64,000 nucleotides of DNA, taken from Octopus vulgaris (taxonomy: Eukaryota). Every line of letters starts with the position of its first letter. Position 1 is the first letter of the stretch. Of this stretch, positions 40,740 to 52,827 are shown one piece after another. Location of the stretch: contig OX597825.1 in NCBI GenBank assembly GCA_951406725.2, positions 51,708,001 through 51,772,000 of the forward strand. Reading direction: 5' to 3'. A model generated the notes under the pieces. It had not been told where the DNA came from, made no database searches, and was given only the letters and a program-made list of their open reading frames with translations. The position numbers and the translations under genes were made by a program.

Positions 40740-41270
40740 TAAGGATTACAACGAAGTTGCATTACATTACATTGAGATCTTTTAAAATATATACAGCTTT
40801 ACATAGACCAACACGTTTCAACCGCACCAGTTTGTAACCTTTGCAATTGCAACCTACTATAATACCGGGGCAGTTTCTTCAATATCTTTACTAAATATAT
40901 TTTTCTTAACTGTTTAAAGTTTTTCGTTTTTCTACTCTGCATTGTATGATATAGAGTTGTCCGTTAAGTTAGACGCGAAAATCTTCATTTCAAGTTTTAA
41001 TTCGATAATCATTTATAGTCTGTTTTTTCAAACCGTTCTGTTGTTTAAATGTTTATCATTCATTTATACTTGGCAAATGGGAATTTCGTCATGTACAAGC
41101 ATCTCAAAGCTTGTTCCTGTCTAGAATTTATTAGATTACACTTAGATGTAAAAATCTGGTAAAATTCTTCTAAACAGCGGTCACATGTTTTAGTTCCGGG
41201 TCTGTATGGTTTTGCAGTGCAAATTAATTCCCAATTGATAGTATAGTCTTTGTTTCTGCCTTCAATCGAG
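40740..41270 (-). mobile_element. Penelope-like element 3' end: GIY-YIG C-terminus plus 3' UTR/pseudo-LTR, flanked by (TA)n
   Basis: Minus 41265-41080 translates to EGRNKDYTINWELICTAKPYRPGTKTCDRCLEEFYQIFTSKCNLINSRQEQALRCLYMTKF. This fits the PLE C-terminal pattern W.I...KPY....CxLCxxE...LN.R.E...CxH. An HHR lies downstream. Confidence 0.8.
40802..40886 (-). ncRNA. Type I hammerhead ribozyme-like motif in the PLE 3' UTR
   Basis: Minus strand: GATA TTGAAGA AACTGCCCCGGT...ACTGGTGCGGTT GAAAC GTGTTG GTC TATG. Stem II pairs at 11 of 12 positions (with G-U). GUC triplet. C3 is changed to U. Confidence 0.7.
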
Positions 41271-41622
41271 TGGATTAATCTACTAAGACCTGTTTGGAAT
41301 CTTTAATTTTTTATCTCTAAATGAACTCAAATAATTTGTCAGGTTCTTCTTCAAAATTAATGGTGTCGTACCGATGTAAAAGTATTCATTACACTCAGAT
41401 GTAACTTTACGTCTATATATTATATTTTTAGTCTTACACGTATTCTTCACATAACAGGGATCCCGTTCAGAACAATTACAAAGATAATTTTTTATATTTC
41501 ACCTTGATTTAGATTTAATTTCTTCGTTCATGGTAGAATGAAATTCATTTCTTTCAAGTTCATTAGTATTATTTACACATTTAGAAAAATTTATCTTTGT
41601 TCTAATTCCAGGTGAACGTTTA

Positions 41623-41689
<67 letters not shown>

Positions 41690-42684
41690 GATCACCTATA
41701 AACACACACACATATGTATGTATACGCGCACACACATACACACATGTGTATTATACGCACACACACATACATACACACATATATATTTATATATCATCCG
41801 TGACATCATCATCGTCATCTTAAAGATTTTCAAGTCTGCCTAAATTCATGCCATTTTAGGGTCAGATTGAGATTGACAAAATATGACAGATATAGACAGA
41901 AACTTTGAGCTGCTCTTTGTTATCTTGTCTGCTCTAGACTATCATTTTATTGTCTTTTTTCAAAATGTTCCAAATGTTGAAGATCCTACTGAGACACATT
42001 CTTTGTGACACCTTTCAGTTCATTTGGTACTATTCAGAAGACTAACAGAAACTGTGAAGGGTTCTACTTCGGAGTGATCCAGTGTGCTCAGTTCCATGCC
42101 AACTGGTTGGCTTTTGCACTTTATTTCCATGCGTTATGCACCTTATTATCATACGTTATGTGCCTGTGTTCGTCGTTGGTCCACTGCCGGCTTGTTTCGA
42201 CGTCCACGTAGGTTTATGAGGAACTACTACTCTCCTCATTTTCGTATTTGTGGAATTTCGTGAAAAACACGGTAAGATTCGATGGACATTCAATACTCCT
42301 TGATTCTCTCCCATTTTATATTGGATACAAGACTAATATTTCATTTGCTTTGGATTGTGTGTGTGAGTGCTTCCGTGTGTAGGTAGTAATGAGCATGAGA
42401 AGAGTGCTGATTGTGTGGTAAGGATTCCTGTCATTATATATGCTGGATGGATGGTTTAAAATTTAAAACAGTACAATTTTAGGTCTACAAGTAAATGTAA
42501 CAGTTAGACTTCAGAATTTTCTAACTCTTCTGCTTCACATTTTCTGACCAGAAAATTATAAACTCCTACAGTGCAACTGTAGCTAAAACGCGCTTAATTA
42601 TTTCAAAAGGTAAATCACAAGCTGCATTCCAAAATATTGAACAAAAAACGTGTCCTGCACTACAGCTTTATACACTATATATAT

Positions 42685-42738
<54 letters not shown>

Positions 42739-42780
42739 ACACATACATAGAGAGAGAGAGAGACAGACAGATAGCTAGCT

Positions 42781-42918
<138 letters not shown>

Positions 42919-43668
42919 TCTATGTATACTTGTTGATGGATGGATGTATATGCTTGATAGATTCATGAAAGAAAGAAGTGTACATATCTTGGAAAATAGG
43001 CGCCAGAGATTTTTACGGAAGAATATAATTGTCACGCGATAAAAGCAAAGTATTCTAAAGTGTTACGGTGCCAGGTTCTAAATGAAATAATTCCTGATAG
43101 ACGAAAGAATTAAAGAAGCCGGAGATGTGTGGGGGATCACGATGGTGAAACATTCGATTTCATTGCTTTTCCGCATCTCTCTCTATCTCTCTTTCTCTGT
43201 TACTCTCCCTCCTTCACTCTTTCTTCTCTCTCTCTCCCTCTCTCTCTCCGTACTTAAAGCTATTTTGAAATATTGAACTATTGCATGCATGAAACCAAGA
43301 TGTAGACAGTTCACAATCTAATGAACTTGACTATTTTAAGAATAAGTAATTTCAAATTATCAAGAAGAATACAGATAAAGTTTGAATTATCATTATTAGT
43401 CATATTAATTATATTAATTATACACACTTCCATATTGTGATGTAAGCCTACATATATAAAACAATTATTATTAAAGGGCGTAAAAATACATAATAAATTG
43501 GGTATTGATGTAAGCTGTTCTAGAACATATAAAAGTAGGTTAGAATTTATATATATATAGGGAGAGAGAGAGAGAGAGAAAGAGAGAGTCAGATGAATAT
43601 GGTACCAGAATTTAGTACGGTATTACCCGCACAATTTCAAAATAAGCAACAAGGATATCCAGAGGTAA

Positions 43669-43870
43669 TTCAGTACGATCGTTTCAAGCAACTCCATTTA
43701 ATCCAACAATGCAATCATTACATCAATTTAAATACAGAGCAATACTCAGCTGCATAAAGACATAGAATTAAATTTAATTAAAACAGATGGACACATTAGT
43801 ATAATTTTACCTAAAACCTCCAAGAAGGTAAGGAGATAGATAAAGAACATGCTGTCTTCACTTCAGCTTA
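43669..43870 (-). ncRNA. Degenerate HHR-like motif with ~180 nt inserted in stem II
   Basis: Minus strand: TAAG CTGAAGT ... GAAAC GATC GTA CTGA, with palindromic stem III ACGATCGT. Confidence 0.35.
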
Positions 43871-44569
43871 GAAGCTACTAAGGTATCAGGAAGAAAAACT
43901 TGTTACACATTTTGCTTGTCACTGTTTTATGGGGTCAGTTTTAATTTATAGACTAGTTTTATCAAATCTTTGTATATCTGAGCCCGAGAGAAGAAGAAGC
44001 AGTGTCTGTTAGGAATGGGGCTGAGGGCGTTGACAGAAATCATTGTGGGTATACTCATAAAACTATCAAGATTTATTAGAAGCAATATCATGAGATTTGG
44101 TAAAGGAAAAGTTAAATCAAGATGTTAGCTGACAATTAAGGGGGCCGGCCACTAGCAGACCATTGATAATGAAACAGGGGACATCTTATCATGTAGTACT
44201 TTAGGTAAATATTTTAAACAATATTGCCATATTGTATAAAGTTAAAGTTTAGGGTTTATTCAGAAGATTATTAAGAAGAATATTATAACTTTATACAATA
44301 TGGCAATATTGTTTGAAATGATCTTTAGAAAGTACTTGATTTATCCCTTTCTTAAAGTGATCTACCCTCCTTATCTTTGTATTTATAAAGTCCTTTATAT
44401 AAGTAGCCCTTATAATTATGTACTCCGAAGAAACTATAAATATCATGTATCGGGTAACAATAATAACTTCCCAAACCTATAATATAACCCTTAGTTTTAA
44501 AAATTAGTATAAAATTAGAATGTCCTATAACATTGATATTCCTTTAGTTAATACCAGGTATCAGTCTTT

Positions 44570-45850
44570 ATTGATACTAGTTAAATAAGTAAATATATAA
44601 TTTTTAGTTTAGTATACTTTAAATGGACTCTAAATGAGCAAACAAAAATAGACTAGAAAAACAAAAACATATTAGTGACAGAATTTAGGATGTACCACCC
44701 CAAATCTGACATAGAAAGGTTATATATTCAACAAAATGATGGTGATAGAGACCTTATATAAATAGCAAGCTACTGCAAAATAACCAGCATAGGACTACAG
44801 AAATACCTAATTCAGAAGCAAAGAAAACTGATACAAATAGCCTCAAAACACGAGCCAAAACAGAAAACCGTTTTCTATCTTTGAGGAAGCTGAAACAAAT
44901 ACAAGAATGAAGTCATAGTACCTGCTAGCTATAAATAAAAAGAGGAAACAGCGAAAGCCGTAAAACAACTAAAATCCAAACTAAAACTGGAGCAACAATG
45001 TCTCACGATAAAACGATGGCAAGAAAAGCCCTTACGTGGTAAATATTGGGATGAGTTGAACAGAAAATATATCGATACAGTAAAATCCCAACAATGGCTG
45101 AAAAGCTGGGTACTCAAAGCAGAGACTGATGATCTTTTTCTTTGCAGCAGAAAATCAAAGACTCCCAACCAAAAAATCACCAGAAACGCATAATGAAGAA
45201 ATACAAGTAACTGCAGAATATGTGGTATTGGGGAAGAAACAAGAAATCATATCATCTCTTGCTTCCCAGTCCTACCTAAGGAGAAATTTATCCACAGACA
45301 TGACAGAGTTAGGATCTATATATGCTGGAAATTATGCCAACACTATGGAATGTCAACAGAAGAAAGATGGTACTGTCACACACCAGAAAAGGTCTCAGAA
45401 AATGACAAAGCAACCGTATTCTGGGATATGCCAATATACACAGATAGAGAAATCAAGGATAATAGACCGGATGTAGTTGTTAGACATCAGTAAGACAAAT
45501 ATATTTTTTAATTGATGTATCATTACCAACAGATGACTATGTATCTTTAAAAGAAAAGGAGCAACTCTCAAAATATAAAGATCTGAAAATAGAAGTAACC
45601 TGAATGTGGAGCCTAAAAGTATTTAAAAATCATTGACAAATACATAACCAAAATATCAGGACTTACGAATGTATATAACATACAGAAAATAGCACTACTA
45701 GGCACCGCACACATCCTACGTAAAAGAATACAATGAAAATAAGAACACCACAACAAACCCCATCATATATACAAAGCACACAGAGCCGTGCTCGGTAGTG
45801 CAGTGAAAGTACCTGATAAAAGTAAAACAACTGAACAGTAATAGTAATAA
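44570..45850 (+). mobile_element. R4/Dong-like retrotransposon, 5'-truncated, intermediate age
   Basis: Motifs KWTLNE, YHPKSDIERLY, KPLRGKYW, SQQWL, RHDRV, FWDMPIYTDREIKDNRPDVVV, IDVSLP, SKYKDL and IQKIALLGTAHILRK. The 3' UTR is homologous to 98-193. Decayed TAA tail. Confidence 0.9.
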
Positions 45851-46025
45851 AAATGAACCCAGCGGTTGTGTCACAACAAAACCTACCACATACACATCAC
45901 ATTAGATTCAACACAAACCAAACAGAGTAAACAATACAAAACTGACGGTCATACAAAATTTATAGATCCTTCCATCAGAGGGTTTTATTTATTACGGAAA
46001 CCAGTCTATAAGACACAAGAGAGTA

Positions 46026-46396
46026 TCTCTCTATATATAAACGGCAGTTTGTCTGTGCGTGTTTCTGTGTGTCTGTTTGCTTGTACCCTCACCCTGACCA
46101 CGGCTTTCAACCGATTCTGATGAAACTTGACACACACATAGCCCAATGTCATAATTCAAAACTAACGCAGCGAAAATTTTGAAAAGTTCCCCCAGTTCTG
46201 AAAAAAATCGATAAAATCGACATGGGGTCGAGAATCAGAAACAAACCACAGACTGTCTAGGGGACGCAACTCAACCTTTTTTAAATAAAAAAAAAATTTA
46301 CCATCATTTTTTTGCTATTTTTTGGCTATAACTCTCTAAAAATGCTTTATAGTTATTTCCCTTACAAACCTGAGCAACGCCGGGCGATACTGCTAG
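46026..46396 (+). mobile_element. Non-autonomous Helitron
   Basis: Inserted between A (46025) and T (46397). 5' end TC..TATATATAA. Internal CAACCGATTCTGATGAAACTTG. 3' GC-rich hairpin CCTGAGCAACGCCGGG followed by a CTAG terminus. Confidence 0.8.
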
Positions 46397-46399
46397 TAG

Positions 46400-47400
46400 C
46401 GAATAAAATCAATACCAAAGTATTGATATCCAGTATGATGGAAATGACACCCCTAAATCATTAACCAAGGCACAGTCACGTATGTAAGTCATGTAACTAA
46501 TTCGGTAAATAAAAATGACTCGACAACAATCTTTCGAGATATGCTGGATGGTAAAAATTGGAGAAGCGACCAGTGCAAATTGCCGATTGTCCAATTTGGT
46601 GCCAAAGATGTGTGTGTGATTACGCATTTTCATGATGAGTTCACATCGTTTTTCAGATTCTGATTCAGACCCTTCCTTTTAATGGTATCTGTAAGTCTCA
46701 ACATGGTACAGCCACGTTCCAAAATATCAAAGAGGATGACACACTTATCCCCCTCCAAATCGATCCCTAATATGATCTGTGCCGATCACTGGCTTTTGAA
46801 ACTGGAGAAACATGACGCCATTTCATGCACTGAGCTTACGTTTCCCGATCATAAACAAGCGTCCACGTTTCATTGCCTGCAAAAATATGTCTTCGGTAGC
46901 TTCTAAGCCTTCCAGCAGACTTCTACCCTTCTCTCATTCAAATCAGGTGTCAGCTGTCGAAGTATCCACTTTGCACACACACATTCCTATTCTTAGTTTT
47001 CCACCGCTCTCTTTAATGCATTGACACCACAGTCAAACTGTGTAGCAAGCTCACGGATTGTGACACCACTGACCGAGCGAAAAATTTTGTACATTAGTTA
47101 GGAATGCATGTCAGCGATCATAGTTGAAGTTCTCTCATGGTGTAGCTCGTATTCAATGCCGGTTTCCAATCCTGTAAACTTCTTGCACATTGTTTGTATG
47201 AATGGTGCCGTCTTTTTTAAACAGGATGTCGCTTTCTGTAGATCTCGGCGTGTTTGCTTCTCTACTTAGTCAAGAACACAATGACTACTAGTTAGAACTT
47301 ACTACCTACAATGAAGAAGAAAAAATTAAGAAGTATAACTATAGAACAAGAGTTACTCTGCCAAAATGTCCAACTTAAACGATTTGTGTCAGTAAAAAAG
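46400..47400 (-). mobile_element. mariner (DD34D-type) transposase remnant
   Basis: Minus strand: VCAKWILRQLTPDLNERRVEVC (WVPxxL motif), GNETWTLVYDRET..MKWRH (TGDETW), HHENA*SHT (HDNARPHT), HPAYL (HPPYSPDL). Confidence 0.8.
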
Positions 47401-47469
47401 TTATAATTTCTTTTGCATTAATTTCTGTATGTTAATATCAGTATCCGTGTCATTACACACACACAAACT

Positions 47470-47528
<59 letters not shown>

Positions 47529-47968
47529 ACATGTATACATATTTACATAATGAGACTTATTACATTTTGACCTTTATCTCTCTTAGGTGTTCAACGAAAA
47601 TAGCTCGAGCATAAACAGTTTGCTCATTACACCCACCCACCTACAAAGAGAGTGTGAGAGAGAGAGGGGGAGACAGACAGACAGACAGAGATGAAGAGAG
47701 TGAGAGAAAGAGAGAGAGAGAGAGAGAGACAAACAGAGAGAGACAGAAACTGTGAGAGGGACAGAACTGTTTATATATTTAAGAAGAAATATCAGCGAGA
47801 ATAGATTAGAATTATTTCAGCCTCCCGCTGTTAACAGAATGGTCATTCTGATAATGATTCCATCAATCATTTGAGAAATGGTAATTGCACAACTTTATCT
47901 GTGTCATAGTTTGAAAATAAGTTCCCAGAGACCTAAAGAATTAATTGTATTGACCATATATTTGTATG

Positions 47969-48000
<32 letters not shown>

Positions 48001-50944
48001 TGTATGTATGTATGTATGTATGAATGAATGTATGTATGCATGTATGTATGTATGAATGAATGTATGCATGTATGTATGCCTGCATGTATGGTGAAAATAA
48101 ACGCGTTCTAGTACGTTCAATTCTTAGACGTGTGGATATACTTACCAATGTGTTTCACATGGCTGAATAATAATTTCTTTAAATAATCTAACTTTCTTTC
48201 GACTAAATGGAATCTCAGTTGATCTATTCTCACGGGTGTTCGCAGCTTTTTTTTTTAAAGATTAGGAAAAATATTAGAGAAATTTCGTGTTTTAGTCTGG
48301 TCAGTGAGAAAGAGATCCATCTAGCCAGGATGAAGGCCACACAATTTAACAGACGAATGTTTTCTCAGATAGGAAACTAATAAGGATGAAGTGGACTTGA
48401 TGCTATTGGAAGTCTTTTATCTTCAAGCTTGATTAACAATATTTCTTAACTGGTGTTATCAAATTAACTGAAGCAATAGGTATCACACCACTGTACTTCC
48501 GTTAGGCAATATTGTTTCAGAAATAAAATATATCAGAAGCAACCATGTCACAGTCATTTTAAAGAAGTTTTGTGAATGGCAAAATCAATGATAGGTTTTA
48601 TCGCAGAAGTTACACATGCAAATGTCGCAAAAGGGGCATAAACATTCCCTCCTAGTTTCGAATATCAACAAGTCTTCGAAATGAGTCTTTATTTCCTATA
48701 TTTAATGCGAGAATATGTCGAGCTATGAAATTATGCTATTTGTATTCTAAGTTAGAACTGTTTATATTATTATTCTCAATGGGAATTACTTATTGTTCAC
48801 AGCGCTCCCCTAACTACGCTATCGTGCGCGCAGTCTGAGTCCCTCTTGTGTACTACAACAAAAGAGTTTGCTAGTTTAGCTTAAGCAATATCTACTAACA
48901 GTTATTTATTTTTAACTAGATGGATTATTGTTTCTCAAGTTGTTTTTCTCTAGTCTTTATATTTTCCATCTACTTCATCTGTTGTTACTATAACAGCCCC
49001 TGTTCATATGAATCAGCTAATCATCTATAAACCGATCTAAATTTATTCAGTTCACTTTGTGTCTCTGCTCTAATAACAATTGTGCTTCACTGTCAAACCC
49101 TCAACACAACAAATCCTGACTGTTCTTACTCAAAAGCTACGCAATCTCACCCTCACAACTGAGATCATGTCCACCTTTTTCCCTGCAGACACCGACCATC
49201 AGCATTTAATTTCCAAATTTGTGGGGTATATGTTAAGACTTGAGTTATCACCTCATATTTCTATTGGTAACACCGTTAAACTGAGTTATTTGCTGTCATA
49301 GCTATACGCTTCACACAACACAGTACTAAAGATGATTGGTTATATATTGATTCATCAATCTGTAAGGAAAAAGCTAAAGATTCATCTAAGGTTACCTCAA
49401 AGAACACGCTATTTTAAAGATGATTCCACCACAGGACAAAGCTATTTAAATGTTTATGTATGAACAAATACAAACATGTCGCACTAAAGAATATGTGTGG
49501 AAGGTATTGAAATTGAGAATTGTATGGTATGGAACCCATATCTATTTGTTACCACCTTGCAGAAATTACTATAATATGACATCTAACCAAACCTATAATA
49601 TACACTTATTGTAATGTATTTACACCAGCACATGTCCATCTTCAGGATCATTTCAATCTCAGAACAGTATTTGAATTGCCTGTACTCATTTTGATGAACT
49701 TATTTACTCTACAACCGCAATGTTTCTTTGGTTTGATGAACGCATTTGTATATTTCAAATTTGAAAGTACAAATTAGACAGAGCGAGAGAGAGAAAGTCG
49801 GTGTATGAGAGAGAGAGAGAGAAAGAAAGAAAGAGAGGTGGGAAGAGAGCAATAGAAAGAGAGTAAATGTTTTTGTTAGGAAGAGTTGTATAAGGGTACT
49901 GTGTGTGTCAAGAAGAGTGCGCATGTGAAAAGTGTGTGTATGTGAGAGCAATATGTCTGCTTATGTGTATATATGTGAGACAGGCAAAACATATATATGA
50001 GGTGAAGATTGCGGATGTGAGAAAGATAGTGCGTATGTGTATGTGCATGTGTGAGACAGAGAGAGAGATTATTTTGTGAGAGAGAAAAAATGTGTGTTCA
50101 TTTGCGCGCATGTGTGTATAATAGTATGCCTGAGTAAGAGGTATGTATGTATATGTAAGAGAATGTGTGTGAGAGAGGTATATCTGCTTATGTGAACTCA
50201 TGTGTGTATGTGGCTTCAACACAATTGGTCGATCGGCAACGTGTGCGTCTTGAAATGTTTACTAATAAACAGGAGAAATTAAAGTCAATTCGGACTATTA
50301 AGAAACTCAAGGCTGTTCACTTAAAACTATTCTGCACAATCTAAAGTACGATACCCTATTCAGCACATCATCAGTAGTTACTGAAGCAAAACAAAGGATT
50401 TGTCTCGTCTCTGCACGTTTTATTTCTATAATACTTCCAATCTAAATCTGAAGGACGTTTCCACAACCTCTTCACCCCATGTGACTTTTAAACAGTAAAA
50501 TTCCAAAAATTAGTATAAAAGAAATCAATTGATTCACTACCCTGACATTGCTTTACGATAATTCATATCTTCTGCTTAAACACAATGACACAATTCTTAA
50601 GAGAGTGGATATCCTTTATTTAATCAACACTATTATATCATCAATATTTACTAATTCCTATAGATTTGAAAAGCAACGTTGAACATGGTGGATTTAAACA
50701 GCTGAACAAATATAAAACACTTCGAGCACACACTGCCCTTAAATTTTTCTATAAACAATATGTTATTTCATTAGCCGAAGATCAAAGAGTCACCTTCTTC
50801 TAGGATATGAATATAAAAAAATCACGTCCCTAATTTTTCTAGAAATAGTGTTATTAGTGAAGTAATATAAGAGCAATCGGAAGCAAAACTTTATTCTTTA
50901 GTCAACACTATAATGTTCACCCTTCATATAAACTACAACAGTGT

Positions 50945-51258
50945 GCAAGCACTTGGCTTAGTGATTAGAGTCACGATCGTAGAGTCATGAATTCGAAATC
51001 CGGCAGCGAGTTTTGTCGTTAAGCAAGACACTTAATTTCTCTTTGATCTAATATACTCAACTGACAAAAATAAGTTGCACCTGTGATTCGAAGGGGCTGC
51101 GTTGATATATTATGTGTCACGCTGAATCATACTGAGAACTACGTTAAGTGTACACGTGTCTATGAAGCGCTCAGCCACTTAAAAGTTACTTGACAAGCTG
51201 GTTGTTCGGCTGACCAAATCAGCTGGAACACTCGTCATTGTAACAGATGGAGAGCCAG
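50945..51258 (+). mobile_element. tRNA-derived SINE family C (CORE-like), degenerate
   Basis: A box TGGCTTAGTGATTAGAG, B box GAATTCGAAATCC, then TTAAGCAAGACACTTAA, which resembles the CORE CTTGGGCAAGTCACTT motif. Confidence 0.6.
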
Positions 51259-52501
51259 GCCAATACTATCATTTCAATAATCTTACTAAAAACGCATCGA
51301 ATTATTAAAGAGAGAAGTAGAATGGAATGCTGTAGTGTTAGTATTTCTGCAGGCATTATATGAGAAAGTGCAAAGAAATAACGTTAACCAGGAATCAAGA
51401 TTGTGTGTCCAGTTTGGTACGGTACACTAGATGCAAGCAAAACGATGTGATCAGTACCTGTAGAAGAGGTGAAGCATTATATACATACCGAATACTGGGT
51501 TTTCGTTTGTATCTTCACAATATTTCAATAATTGTGAAAAAAGTAGTGTCACCGTCCCAGTGAAAGAAATAGATAGGTGTGAGACAAGGAAAATTTTCCA
51601 AGCAAAAGCGAAACCGAATCTCAAACTCAGCTTTCGGGAAGCTTACCCTAACCTACAATTAGATGCTGCCATTAATATAAACCATATAAATTTAACATAT
51701 TCAAATGGATCGATCAATGTTTGATCATTTTCATCAGCAACTAAATTTTAGGAAAAGCTGAATATTGCCAAACTTATATGAGTAAGCCACATCTCACCTA
51801 ACATCATAAATGAAACACTCACATATTACAGATTGGCACCAAAGCGGTGCCTGAAATCAGATAACTACAATTTATTAGGAGACCAATAAGAAAGATTGAT
51901 TTTTTTTCTTCAGCATCAAGAACATTAGTTGAAGAACTCAGAATGTGTCAAATGATTGGAAACATTCTTCAAAAGAAACTAATACCCATATAAGGTCAAC
52001 TAAGGTTTATCTGTTATCTAAGGTTCGTCCATTAAATACTGTTTATACTTTTCCCTTGCGATGTCGTATGTTCTCACAGGCCATTGTCTTGGTTATTTCT
52101 TTCTCATGTTGAAATAATTTAACCAAATAATGGTTTCCAGCTTAGTTTATTGGCCTTGCTGAGAATTAAGTAGTTCCGGTTATGCCAGAGTAGAATTTGA
52201 GATCAATTTCGAGTGATACCCATTTAGTCCTCATTTACAGCTTCAGTACAAAAAAGTTATTATTTCATGTGAGAAAAAATGCATTTCCAGCAGACTGAAT
52301 CGGGTGTATTTAACAGACGAAAATAGGAAAGCAAATATCTAGTGAAATGGATAAAGGAAAGTTTTTTTCATAGCCAGTAATATCATAACAGTTAAATGGA
52401 TTGTTCTTTAATCTTCGGCTACATTCGAGTACAAATGCACAGCAATTTGTGCTTGTTTGTGTAAACATGTATGAATATTTACAAGCATACATGCCTTCAT
52501 G

Positions 52502-52552
<51 letters not shown>

Positions 52553-52789
52553 TACTGTTCCGTGATGGTAATAGTTTCTCAGAGATGAATATTATTTGAT
52601 AAACACAATATATGCTTTTATGTACTACTTTTAGTTTCATGTGCTGAAAATATGCCAAACCGTGTTTTATGCATGTGGGCAGTGTCTGATGATTGTACTG
52701 GGACACCAGACGTGTTATAAAACAACGGTTTGCATGTTCTCAGAACATGAAACTAATAGTAGTATATAAAATCCTATATTGAGTTTATT

Positions 52790-52827
<38 letters not shown>

